From Scyliorhinus canicula (lineage: Eukaryota): a stretch of 64,000 nucleotides of DNA. Every line of letters begins with the position of its first letter. The stretch's first letter is position 1. This document shows, piece by piece, positions 13,838-24,922 of this stretch. A model generated the notes under the pieces. The model was not told the DNA's origin. It searched no databases and saw only the letters and a program-made list of their open reading frames with translations. A program made the translations under genes and the position numbers. The stretch is taken from positions 104,587,098 through 104,651,097 of the forward strand of contig NC_052148.1 in NCBI RefSeq assembly GCF_902713615.1, written 5' to 3'.

Positions 13838-15198
13838 GGGAGTGATTTTACCATCGAGTCACACTTGAGCGACAGCACGACATGGCCGTTAGATCACAGG
13901 AGAGGCCAAAATCGAGAACCGTGCTGGGCGCTGATCAGTTTGCGATCTATCTGACCCATTGGCAAAATCAGGATCTCGCTATGGCGTGAAACCAATAATC
14001 ACCACTTAAGCCCAATTTCCTTATAATTAATGGGAACGACCCCCTATCTAACGGCCCCCCATGATCTAACCTCTTCCCCAGCAAGTGGTCAATTAATACT
14101 GCTTTTTAAAATGTGAAGCTGGTGGAATGACTGCTGGGGGAATCAGAGGAGGTGAGGAGCCATCTTCACTTCCAAGCAATGAGCCTAGGGGCACTGGGGT
14201 TGCTGCCCAGTGCTTGGATTGGGGGGAATACCCCATGGGTGGCAGTCTCGGTCGGGGTGATCCACCATCGGTGGGGGGGTCGCCCCTGGGCTGGTGGGAG
14301 CATCCGGCGCCCGTGGGTACACCATGCCACCCACTGGGTCGTGTGTATCCATTACAGGGGCAATCCCAGCCCCTTATTGTATGTCCCACCAAACACCCTT
14401 AACTCCCACTGACCGTGGAGGCCTCTGGCCACACAGCCGATGGCTATTCCTAATAAGAACTTGTCAATCATGGTTAAGTGAGCACGTCACAGCTCCCAAA
14501 TGGATTTCTGTGGGTAGTGTTGCTAATTGTGTTCTCTCTTTAATTGGCTCTGTTTGTGGCGGTTAATATGGTTGCCTTCCTTAATTCTAATTACGTTTGC
14601 TGAAGAGTCGCCAGGTATCTTTCGATACCGCCACAAGGTTCAAAACCGAATACTGATTAAAAACCCGATACACCAGTTAGTAAGTTTGAAATCAATGCTC
14701 ATTTATTTACACACACAGTCAAATATACTCATACACAAAACTCTACCAAATAAACTATCACTACAGAGGGCACTACAAACATCCAGCAGAGGGCAGCAGA
14801 GCGGAGCTACTGATTGGCTGTTCCGGGGAGATTTGCATACGTGCAGAGCGGTCAGCGTAATTTGAAGGTGGTTTGTGAAGGGGCTGTTGTCAAGTGACAG
14901 TTAAACCCGAAACACTTCCTCAGTGTTTCCCTCCCTACCCCCTCCTCTGACCGAAAAAAAACAACCATGGTTGTCGGGAAGGTAAGTTTATCTCTTTTAA
15001 AAACTTACCTTGAAGGGTGACATCAAAGCAAAGCAGTGACCTGATTGGCTGGTAAGGAAAGTGCTCCAATTAGCAGTAGCTGGGAGAAATTTAACTCTTT
15101 GTATGTTGGTGAGTATTGTGATTGGTAAGTAAAATCTTTATTCCTTTCACTTATTAATTATTTGATATATTTGTAGTCAATTAAGGTAAAGGGTAAAA

Positions 15199-15882
15199 AT
15201 GGCAGGAGGTCCCAGACCCGTGTTATGCTCCTCGTGCTCAATGTGGGAGTTCAGGGACGCGGCTGATGCCCCTGACTCCTTCATGTGCAGGAAGTGTGTC
15301 CAGCTGCAGCTCCTGACGGCTCTGGAGCTGCGAATGGACTCACTTTGGAGCATCCACAATGCTGAGGAGGTCGTGGATAACACGTTCAGTGAGTTGGTCA
15401 CACCGCAGATTAGGATTGGTGAGGGAGACAGGGAATGGGTGACCAAAAGTCAGAGAAAGAGCAGGAAGGCAGTGCAGGTGTCCCCTGTTGTCATCTCCCT
15501 CCAAAACAGGTATACCATTTTGGATACTGTTGGGGGAGATGACTCACCAGGGGAAGGCAGTAGTAGCCAGGCTCATGGCACTGTGGCTAGCTCTGCTGCA
15601 CAGAAGGGCGGGAAAAAGACTGGCAGGGCTATAGTCACAGGGGATTCAATCGTAAGGGGAATAGACAGGCGTTTCTGTGGTCGAAAACGAGACTCCCGAA
15701 TGGTATGTTGCCTCCCGGGTGCACGGGTCAGGGATGTCTCAGATCGTCTGCAGGACATACTGAAGGGGGAGGGTGAACAGCCAGTTGTCGTGGTGCATAT
15801 AGGCACCAACGATATAGGTAAAAAACGGGATGAGATCCTACAATCAGAATTTAGGGAGTTAGGAGATAAGTTTAAAAAGTAG
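15199..15882 (+). CDS. CR1 ORF1 (zinc finger/leucine zipper + SGNH esterase), C-terminus disrupted
   Basis: CSSCSMWE...CRKCVQLQLL; AIVTGDSIVRG; VCCLPGARVRDV; VVHIGTND. Confidence 0.9.
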   Translation: MAGGPRPVLCSSCSMWEFRDAADAPDSFMCRKCVQLQLLTALELRMDSLWSIHNAEEVVDNTFSELVTPQIRIGEGDREWVTKSQRKSRKAVQVSPVVISLQNRYTILDTVGGDDSPGEGSSSQAHGTVASSAAQKGGKKTGRAIVTGDSIVRGIDRRFCGRKRDSRMVCCLPGARVRDVSDRLQDILKGEGEQPVVVVHIGTNDIGKKRDEILQSEFRELGDKFKK

Positions 15883-16841
15883 GACCTCAAAGGTAGTAAT
15901 CTCAGGATTGCTACCAGTGCCACGAAACAGCCAGAGTAGAAATTTGGATTAGTACCTGGGAATATGTTATTAGTATTACTGAGACTTGGTTGAGGGATGG
16001 GCAAGACTGGCAATTAAATATCCCAGGGTATAGATGCTTCAGGAGGGATAGAGAGGGAGGTTAAAGGGGTGGAGGAGTTGCATTAATAGTCAGAGATGAT
16101 ATCACAGCTGTGATTAAGGAGGGCACGATGGAGGATTCGAGCACTGAGGTAATATGGATAGAGCTAAGAAATAGGAAGGGTGCAGTAACATTGTTGGGAC
16201 TTTACTATAGGCCTCCCAAAAGCGAGCGTGAAGTAGAGGTACAAATATGTAGACAGATTATAGAACAATGTAGGAGCAATAGGGTGGTTGTGATGGGAGA
16301 TTTTAACTTCCCCAACATTGAATGGGACTCATGTAGTTTTGGAGGCATAGATGGAGCAGAATTTGTAAGGAGCATCCAGGAGAGTTTTTTTAGAGCAGTA
16401 TGAAAATAGTCCAACTCGGGAAGGGGCCATACTGGACCTGGTATTGGGGAATGATCCCGGCCAGGTGGTTGACGTTTCAGTCGGCGATTACTTTGGGAAT
16501 AGCGATCACAATTCCATAAGTTTTAGAATACTTATGGACAAAGACGAGAGTGATCCTGAAGGAAGAGTGCTAAATTGGGGAAAGGTCAACTATAACAAAA
16601 TTCGGCAGGAGCGCAGGAATGTGGATTGGGAGCAGCTGTTTAAGGGTAAATCTACATTTGAAATGTGGTAGTCTTTTAAAGAAAGGTTGATTAGTGTGCT
16701 GGACAGACATGTTCCTGTGAAAATGAGAGATAGAAATGGCAACATTAGGGAACAATGGATGACCATGGTGAAATTGTGACACTAGCAAAGATGAAAAAAG
16801 AAGCATGCGTAAGATCGAGGTGACTCAAAACTGATGAAGCT

Positions 16842-18695
16842 TTGGAGGAATATTGGGAAAGTAGGACAAATCTCAAACACGCAATAAAGAGGGCTAAAAG
16901 GGGTCATGAAATATCTTTGGCTAACAGGGTTAAGGAAAATCCCAAAGCCTTTTATTCGTATATAAGGAGCAAGAGGGTAACTAGAGAAAGGATTGGCCCA
17001 CTCAAAGACAAAAGAGGGAATTTATGCGTGGAGTCAGAGGAAATGAGTGAGCTTCTTAATGAGTACTTTGCATCGGTATTCACCAAGGAGAGGGACATGA
17101 TGAATGTTGAGGCTAGTGATGGATGTTTAAATACTCTAGGTTATGTTGGCATAACAAAGGGGGAGGTTTTGAGTATTCTAAAAGGCATTAAGGTGGACAA
17201 GTCCCTAGGACCGGATGGGATCTATCCCAGGTTACTGAGGGAAGCGAGGGACAAAATAGCTGGGGCCTTAACAGATATCTTTGTAGCATCCTTGAGCACG
17301 GGTGAGGTCCCGGAGGATTGGAGAATTGCTAATGTTGTCCCTTTGTTTAAGAAGGGTAGCAAGGATAATCCAGGGAATTATAGACCTGTGAGCTTGACGT
17401 CAATGGTAGGCAAACTGTTGGAGAATATACTGAGGGATAGGATCTATTCACATTTGGAAGAAAATAGACTTATCAGTGATAGGCAGCATGGTTTTGTGCA
17501 GGGAAGGTCATGTCTTACAAACCTAATAGAATTCTTTGAGGAAGTGACAAAGTTAATTGATGAGGGAAGGGCTGTAGATGTCATATACATGGACTTCAGT
17601 AAAGCATTTGATAAAGTTTCCCATGGCAGGTTGATGGAAAAAGTGAAGTCGTATGGGGTTCAGGGTGTACTAGCTAGATGGATAAAGAACTGGATGGGCA
17701 ACAGGAGACAGAGAGTCGTGGTGGAAGGGAGTGTCTCAAAATGGAGAAAGGTGACTAGTGGTGATCCACAGGGATCCGTGCTCGGACCACTGTTGTTTGT
17801 GATATACATAAATGATCTGGACGAAGGTATAAGTGGTCTGATGAGCAAGTTTGCAGATGATACTAAGATTGGTGGAGTTGCAGATAGCGAGGCGGACGGT
17901 CAGAGAATACAGCAAAATATAGATAGATTGCAGAGTTGGGCAGAGAAATGGCAGATGGTGTTCAATCCAGGCAAATACGAGGTGATGCATTTTGGAAGAT
18001 CTAACTCAAGAGCAGACTATATGGTCAATGGAAGAGTCCTGGGGAAAATTGATGTACAGAGAGATCTGGGAGTGCAGGTCCATTGTACGCTGAAGGTGGC
18101 AACGCAGGTCGATAGAGTGGTCAAGGCGGCATACAGCATGCTTGCCTTCATTGGACGGGGTATTGAGTACACGAGTCGGCAGGTCATGTTACTGTTGTAT
18201 CGGACTTTGGTTAGGCCACATTTGGAATACTGCGTGCAGTTCTGGTCGCCACATTACCAGAAGGAGGTGGATGCTTTAGAGAGTGTGCAGAGGAGGTTCA
18301 CCAGGATGTTGCCTGGTATGGAGGGTGCTAGCTATGAAGAAAGGTTGAGTAGATTAGGGTTGTTTTCATTGGAAAGACGGAGGTTGAGGGGAGACCTGAT
18401 TGAGGTCTACAAAATTATGAGAGGTATGGACAGGGTGGATAGCAACAAGCTTTTTCCAAGAGTGGGGGTGTCAATTACAAGGGGTCACGATTTCAAGGTG
18501 AGAGGGGAAAAGTTTAAGGGAGATGTGCGTGGAAAGTTTTTTACGCAGAGGGTGGTGGGTGCCTGGAATGCTTTGCCAGCAGAGGTGGTAGAGGCGGGTA
18601 CGATAGCATCATTTAAGATGCATCTGGACAGATATGTGAACGGGTGGGGAACAGAGAGAAGTAGACCTTGGAAAATAGGCAACAGGTTTAGATAA
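16842..18695 (+). CDS. CR1 ORF2 reverse transcriptase region, 617 aa open; upstream endonuclease part (15950-16840) broken
   Basis: GPDGIYPRLL, NYRPVSLTS, QHGFVQGRSCLTNL, YMDFSKAFDKV, PQGSVLGP, SKFADDTK. Confidence 0.93.
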   Translation: MEEYWESRTNLKHAIKRAKRGHEISLANRVKENPKAFYSYIRSKRVTRERIGPLKDKRGNLCVESEEMSELLNEYFASVFTKERDMMNVEASDGCLNTLGYVGITKGEVLSILKGIKVDKSLGPDGIYPRLLREARDKIAGALTDIFVASLSTGEVPEDWRIANVVPLFKKGSKDNPGNYRPVSLTSMVGKLLENILRDRIYSHLEENRLISDRQHGFVQGRSCLTNLIEFFEEVTKLIDEGRAVDVIYMDFSKAFDKVSHGRLMEKVKSYGVQGVLARWIKNWMGNRRQRVVVEGSVSKWRKVTSGDPQGSVLGPLLFVIYINDLDEGISGLMSKFADDTKIGGVADSEADGQRIQQNIDRLQSWAEKWQMVFNPGKYEVMHFGRSNSRADYMVNGRVLGKIDVQRDLGVQVHCTLKVATQVDRVVKAAYSMLAFIGRGIEYTSRQVMLLLYRTLVRPHLEYCVQFWSPHYQKEVDALESVQRRFTRMLPGMEGASYEERLSRLGLFSLERRRLRGDLIEVYKIMRGMDRVDSNKLFPRVGVSITRGHDFKVRGEKFKGDVRGKFFTQRVVGAWNALPAEVVEAGTIASFKMHLDRYVNGWGTERSRPWKIGNRFR

Positions 18696-19777
18696 AGGAT
18701 CTGGATCGGCGCAGGCTGGGATGGCCAAAGGGCCTGTTCCTGTGCTGTAATTTTCTTCGTTCTTGTTCTACTACTAAAGCCTATACTTAGCTTCGGGCAC
18801 CCACTCAGTCAGAGGAACAATGGCCATTGTCCGGTTCTGAGGCTGCTGGGTTTGAGCTGGTATGGAATAGCAGCTAAGAGCGTCTGTCTCGTAGCGTGCG
18901 TTGACTTTGGACTTACTTGTTCTGGTGCAGCTGCAGAGCCAAAGCCAAGTTGAACGATTCTCTCTTGGGAGATCCTTCTTATACCCAAAAGGGGCTTTGC
19001 GTGCTTTTGGGCGGGTCTTGAACTTGGTCCCAATTAATTGGGCCATTTCTCGATCGTTCCTATTGATTTCCTCCAATAAAGGGGTGGGTGCTCTGCTGGC
19101 TGGGCGTGTCCTAGGTGGCCGTTGGCCTGCTTTGTTCTAGTCTCCTCTGGCGCCGGGGTGTCTGCCTTGGTATTGTATAACTTAAATGTTATCCTTTTGT
19201 CCCCAGAGATGGCTCATTAGTATGGTAATGGCTTTGCAGTATCGGTCTTGTCTGGGAGCTACAGCTCCAATCAACAGACAAACCTTGCACCTGCTTGCTT
19301 TCTCAGTATTGCCCATTTTCCCTGCATTCTTTGCAAAGTGTCCATTTTGTAATCAGGATGTGGCCATCCCAGATAGCTACAGTAGGTGTGCCCTTTGGCA
19401 TGAGGGAGTTATTGCCGGGGATCCAAATCAGTCCGTGATGCCTGGACACTGTGTCCGAACACTGCAGGAAGCAACGCCATTGTCGCAGCACCAGCATCTG
19501 AACACCCAGGGACTGGGCTCCAGCACTGGGGACATTTCAGCTCCCAGAGGTTGGGTGTGTACACTGGGCAAGGGACTAAGCCCGCTCCAAGTAATGTTAC
19601 ATGTGGATATCTGGGATACAGGGTGTGGGGTCTGGTGACCAAGGGAACTCGCTGCGGTTGGGGGCGCGTGGTCAGGGCATGTTGGGTGGGGGGGGGGCAA
19701 TGGAGGATCCCGGGGTGGAAGACACTGCTAGTGGTCAGTATCTCACCCGTTCCAATTCCTTGCAGATATTACACAGA

Positions 19778-20655
19778 ATGGATGATATCTTACACCCCAT
19801 GGAGGCTTCCCTCGCGGTGCTGCTGGCAGGCCAGGCGGCCAGACATCGGAGTAGGCGGTAGCAGCAGCGTTGATGGAGACTGGAGGCAGCGGCCTATATC
19901 CAGAGCCCTGCCCACACCCTGAGGACCCGGCTGTCCGTCAGGTAAGGGAGGGACCCAGAGGGCTAGGCCGGTGATGGCCCAAGATGTACAGGCATGGCTG
20001 GTCTTTCAAACAAATGACAGACAGCTTTGCCACAGGAGGCTTCGCCTCAAGAAAGGGGACAGTGCAGCAGCTGTGCCATGTCCTCATGGACTTGGCACCA
20101 CATGGAGGAGGAGGATACCCTTCCCGGTGGCCATCAAGGTTACTACAGCCCTGAACCTTTATGCCTCAGAATCATTCCAGGGTTTGAGCGAGGACGTGTA
20201 CGGCATCTCACAAGCTACAGCCCACAAGTGCATCCGTGAGGTCACGGATGCCTTGTTTTCATGGGAAGCAAACTATATAAACCTTGACATGGACCAGACC
20301 CAACGAGATGCCCAAGCTGCCGGATTATCCATCATCGAAAGGATGTCCTAGGTCCAGGGGGTAATGGATAGCACGCATTTCTCCTTGTCTGCACCGGGCG
20401 GTTGGGAGCGCCCTTTATTGTCAGGCAGGAATTCCACTCCCAGATCGTCCAGCCCCCGTGTGCTCCACCACCTGAAGATCATGCACATGTGTACACGCTT
20501 CCCAGGGAGTGTGCACGACACCTACATCCTGGGGCAGTTGTTCATCTCCGGCCTCTTTGAGGACCATCCTAGGATGGCAGGTTGGCTCTTGGGTTACCCA
20601 CTGAGGAACTGGCTAATGACGCCAGTATGGAGGCTGGAGACCAATGCGGAGACTC
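19778..20655 (+). pseudogene. Harbinger (HARBI1-like) DDE transposase, frameshifted
   Basis: PVAIKVTTALNLYASESFQ...GISQATAHKCIREVTDAL; VQGVMDSTH; MHMCTRFPGSVHDTYIL; GWLLGYPLRNWLMTP. Confidence 0.88.
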
Positions 20656-20820
20656 GGGGGGGGGGGGGGGGGGGGGGGGGTGGGGGGGGGGGGGGGGGGG
20701 GGGGGGGGTGGGGGGNNNNNNNNNNNNNNNNNNNNNNNNNNNNNNNNNNNNNNNNNNNNNNNNNNNNNNNNNNNNNNNNNNNNNNNNNNNNNNNNNNNAC
20801 CATGCATGGGGGGGGGGGGC
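20656..20820. other. Poly-G tracts flanking an 83-N assembly gap (20716-20798)
   Basis: Seen directly in the sequence. Confidence 0.98.
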
Positions 20821-21449
20821 TGGAGCAGGGGATTGGTGGTCACCCGCATTGCGGAAGAAATGTGCCAGTGGCACATGCTGCTCTGTAACAACCTGTTCCA
20901 GGTGCTGACTCCGAGATGCTCCGTTGTCAGGGGGGTGGAACTCGGGGGAGCTGGTGGCCGCAATCGCCAATCAGTAGGGTGGCTCCTGGTTGGCACTGAC
21001 TGAGGCACACCTTGGATACCTCCACTCATGTTGCTAACGTTGTGCACCAGGCTCTCCAATGCCGTTGTCACCTAGCAGTGTTGGACTCAGTGCCATACAT
21101 TTGCCAGCAACATTGTAGCATCTGGGACTCCTCCAGTCAGCTATGGACTTGCTGGAGTGTTGCTGACATCCCCCTCTGAATATCACAGCCGCACCCTATT
21201 GACTGCATCAGCTCCGGATAATCTGCTCCAGAGGCTCAGCATCTGACTGGGACCCAGCTGAGTCCTGAGATCAGGCAGACCTGTGACTGCTGCCTCACCT
21301 GGGCATTACTGCCTCTACCTGATGTGCATCAGCAACTGTGTAGTGCTTAACAGATTGTGCCCCAGAAGCCTGACCACGACTGTCGCTCACCGTGGTTTGT
21401 GTCTCTGTGCTGGTGGTGGGTGGGGGTGATAGCTGTGCTGCTTGGCACG

Positions 21450-24400
21450 TGGCAGCATAATGATATTGTCACTGGACGAGTAATCCAGAGACCGAGGATA
21501 ATTATCTGGGGTCCCGGGTTCAAATCCCACCACAGCAGGTGATGGATTTTAAACTCAATAAAATATCTGGAATTTTTTTACTTTTTATATACATTTCGAG
21601 TACCCAATTCTTTTAAAATATCTGGAATTAGAACTCTAATGATAACCATGAAACCATTGTCGAATGTCATTAAAAAAACATCTGGTTCATTAATGTCTTT
21701 AGGGAAGGAAATCTGCTGTCTTTACTTGGTCTGGCCTACATGTGACTCCAGACCCACAGCAATGTGGGTGACTCTTATATGCCCTCTGAAATGGCCTAGC
21801 AAGCTACGAAAACACAAAGAAGGAATGAAACTGGGCGGACCACCCGTCATTGAACCAGGCACCTGAAACGACTATGGCAAACCCAGCCCTTCAAAGTCCT
21901 CCTTACTAACATCTGGGCCGATGGGGAGTGGGGTGGGGGAGGAGGGTGGTGCTTTTGCTAAAGTTGGGAGAGCTGTCTCACAGACTAGAAACTAGTTAAA
22001 CAACAGCCTGACATAGTCATACTCACAGAATCATACATTTCAGACAATATCCTAGACAGCACGATTACCGTTCTTGGGTATGTACTGTCTCACAGGCAGG
22101 CCAGACCCAGCAGAGGTGGCGGTACAGTGGTATACAGCTGGGAGGGAGTTGCCCTGGGAGTCCGCAACATCGACTCTGGACCCCATGAATTTTCATGGCT
22201 TCAGGTTAAACAGAGGCAGGGAAACCTCCTGCTGATTACCACGTGCTGGCTACCATCAGCTGATGAATCAGAACTCCTCCATGTTGAACTGCACTTAGAG
22301 GAAACACTGAGGGTCGCAAGGGCGCAGAATATGCTCTGTGGAGGGGGCTTCAATGTGCATCACAAAGCGTGGCTCAGTAGTACCACCACAGACCGAGTTG
22401 GCCAGGTCTGCAAGGACATAGCTGCTAAGCTGGGACTGCAGCAGGTGGTAAGGGAACCAACAAGACGGAAAAACATACTTGACCTCATCCTCACCAATCT
22501 GCATGTTGTAGATGCATCTGTCCATGAGGGTATTGGTAGAAGTGACCACCGCACAGTCCTTGTGGAGACAAAGTCCCATCTTCTCATTGAGGACACCTTC
22601 CATTGTGTTGTGTGGCACTTCCTGTACCAGCCTCCCCGAACAGGCACTGGAATGTGGCGACTAGGGGCTTTTCACAGTAACTTCATTTGAAGCCTACTTG
22701 TGACAATAAGCAATTTTCATTTTTCACTACCACCGTGCAAAATTGAATAGACTTTAAACAGATCTGGCAACTCAAGACTAGACATCCATGAGGTGCTGTG
22801 GGCCATCAGCAGCAGCAGAATTGTATTCAACCACAATCTGTAACCTCATGGCCCGACATATCTCCCATTCTACAACTTCATGGCCTGGCATATCCCCACT
22901 CTCCCATTACCACCAAGCCAGGGGATCAACCCTGGTTCAATGATGAGTGCAGGAGAGCATGTCAGGAGCAACATCAGGCTTACCAAAAAATGAGGTGTCA
23001 ACTGGTAAAGCTACAACACAGGATTACTTGTTTGCTAAACAGCATAAGTGGCAAGTAATAGACAGAGTTAAGTGATTCCACAACTCACGCAGATATAAGC
23101 TCTGTAGTCCTGTCACATGCAGATGTGAATGGTGGTGGACAATTAAACAACTCACTGGAGGAGGAAACTCCACAAATATCCCCATCCTCAATGATGGAGG
23201 AGTCCAGCATATATGTGCAAAAGACCAGGCTGAGGCATTCACAACAATCTTCAGCCAGAAGTACCGAGTGGATGATCCATCTCGGTCTCCTCCGGAAGTC
23301 CCCATCACAGATGTCAGTCTTCAGCCAATACAATTCACTCCACATGATATCAAGAAATGGCTGAAGGCACTGGATACTGCACAGGCTATGGACCCTGATA
23401 ATATTCCATCAATAGTACTGAAGACCTGTGCTCCAGAACTTGCCGCACCCCTAGCCAAGCTGTTCCAGTGTAGCTACAACTCTAGCATCTAACCGGCAAT
23501 GTGGAAAATTGCCCAGGTGTGTCCTGTACATGAGAAAAAGTACAAATCCAACCCAGCCAATTACCGCCCTATCAGTCTACTCTCCATCATCAGCAAAGTG
23601 ATGGAAGGAGTCGTCAACAGTGCTATCAAGTGGAACTTACTCAGCAATAATCTGCTCAAGGACGCTCAGTTTGGGTTTTGCCAGGGTCATTCAGTTCCTG
23701 ACCTCATTACAGCCTTGGTTCAAATATGGACAAAAGAGCTGAATGCCAGAGGTGAGATGAGAGTGACTGCCTTTGGCATCAAGACAGTATTTGACCGAGT
23801 ATGACATCAAGGAGCCCTAGCAACACTGGAGTCAAAGGGAATCGGGGGAAACTCTCAGCTGGTTGGAGTCAGACCTGGCACACAGGAAGCTGGTTTTGAT
23901 GGTTGGAGGTTAATCATCTCAGCTCCAGGGCCTCGTTGTAGGAGTTCCTCAGGGTAGTATCCTAGGCCCAACCATCTTCAGCTGCTTCATCAATGACCTC
24001 CCTTCCATCATAAGGTCAGAAGTGGGGATATTTGTGGGTTACTGCACAATATTCAGCACCATTCGCGACTCCTCAGATAATGAAGCAGTCCATGTCCAAA
24101 TGCAGCAAGGCCTGGAGAATATCCAAGCTTAGGCTGACATGTGGCATGTTACATTCGCGCTTGACAAGTGCCTGGCAATGTCCATTCTCCTACAAGACAG
24201 GATCTAACCATCAACCCTTCACATTCAATGGCATTACCATTGCTGAATCTCCCACAATGAACATCCTGGGGTTTCCATTTATCAGTATCTGGACTAGCCA
24301 CATTAATACTGTGGCTCCCACGCAGGTCAAAGGTTAGGAACCCTACAGCGAGTAACTCACCTCCTGACTACCCAAACTCTGTCCACCTTCTACAAGGCAC

Positions 24401-24922
24401 AAGTCAGGAGTGTATTGAAATACTCTCCACTTGTATGGATGAGTGCAGCTCCAAAAACACTCAAGAAGCTCAACACCATCCAGGACAAAGCAGCCCGCTT
24501 GATTACTCCCCCCTTCCACAAACATTCAAACCCTCCACTACCAATGAACAGTGGCAGCCGTGTGTACCATCTACAAGATGCACTGCAGTAACTCACCAAG
24601 ATTCCTCAGACAGTACCTTCCAAACCCACAACTACGACCATCTAGAAGGACGAGGGCAGCAGATACTTGGGAACACCACTGCCTGGAGGTTACCCCCGAG
24701 TCACTCACCACCCTGACTTGTGAATATATCGCCGTTCCTTCCCTGTCACTGGGGCAACATCCAGGAACTCCCTCCCTAACAGCACAGTAAGTGTACCTAC
24801 ACCTCAAGGATTGCAGCGGTTCAAGAAGGCAACACACCACCACCTTCTGAAGGGAAACTAGGGATGGGCAATAAATGCTAGCCTAGCCAGCGAAGCCCAC
24901 ATCCCGTAAAGGAATAAAAAAA
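21450..24922 (+). mobile_element. Full-length decayed CR1/L2-group LINE (APE-RT) with a tRNA-like 5' head and no visible ORF1
   Basis: B-box GGTTCAAATCC 21517-21527; APE start LLTNIW...KQQPDIVILTESY from ~21900; NPANYRPISLLS, GVPQGSILGP; tail GGGCAATAAATGCTAGCCTAGCCAGCGAAGCCCACATCCCG...AATAAAAAAA. Confidence 0.85.
22620..22724 (+). mobile_element. Short L2-type SINE/LINE 3' tail insertion
   Basis: GTGGCGACTAGGGGCTTTTCACAGTAACTTCATTTGAAGCCTACTTGTGACAATAAG; CACT duplication on both sides; same tail at 58044-58210 (-) and related at 26775-26859. Confidence 0.75.

Larger units (their letters stand above)
14765..18769 (+). mobile_element. Near-full-length CR1 LINE (HER1-like)
   Basis: TSD ACTAC (14760-14764, 18770-18774); 5' UTR, ORF1, ORF2 and TTCTTGTTCT-type tail; internal deletion near 15945. 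Confidence 0.95.
14518..19381 (-). mobile_element. Solo LTR (~850 bp: 14518-14764 plus 18775-19381) split by a CR1 insertion
   Basis: TGTTGCTA...TAGCTACA inverted termini; 4-bp TSD GTAG (14514-14517, 19382-19385); minus-strand CCAAT, TATAA (~18980) and AATAAA (~14703); homologous to 27557-27883. Confidence 0.88.

Noticed and set aside
16842-18695. 617-aa open RT as a domesticated or active gene
   Set aside because: Part of a CR1 whose ORF1 end and endonuclease carry a deletion, stops and frameshifts; best explained by young age.
20364-21071. Poly-Gly and poly-Pro ORFs
   Set aside because: Artefacts of poly-G runs and the N gap.
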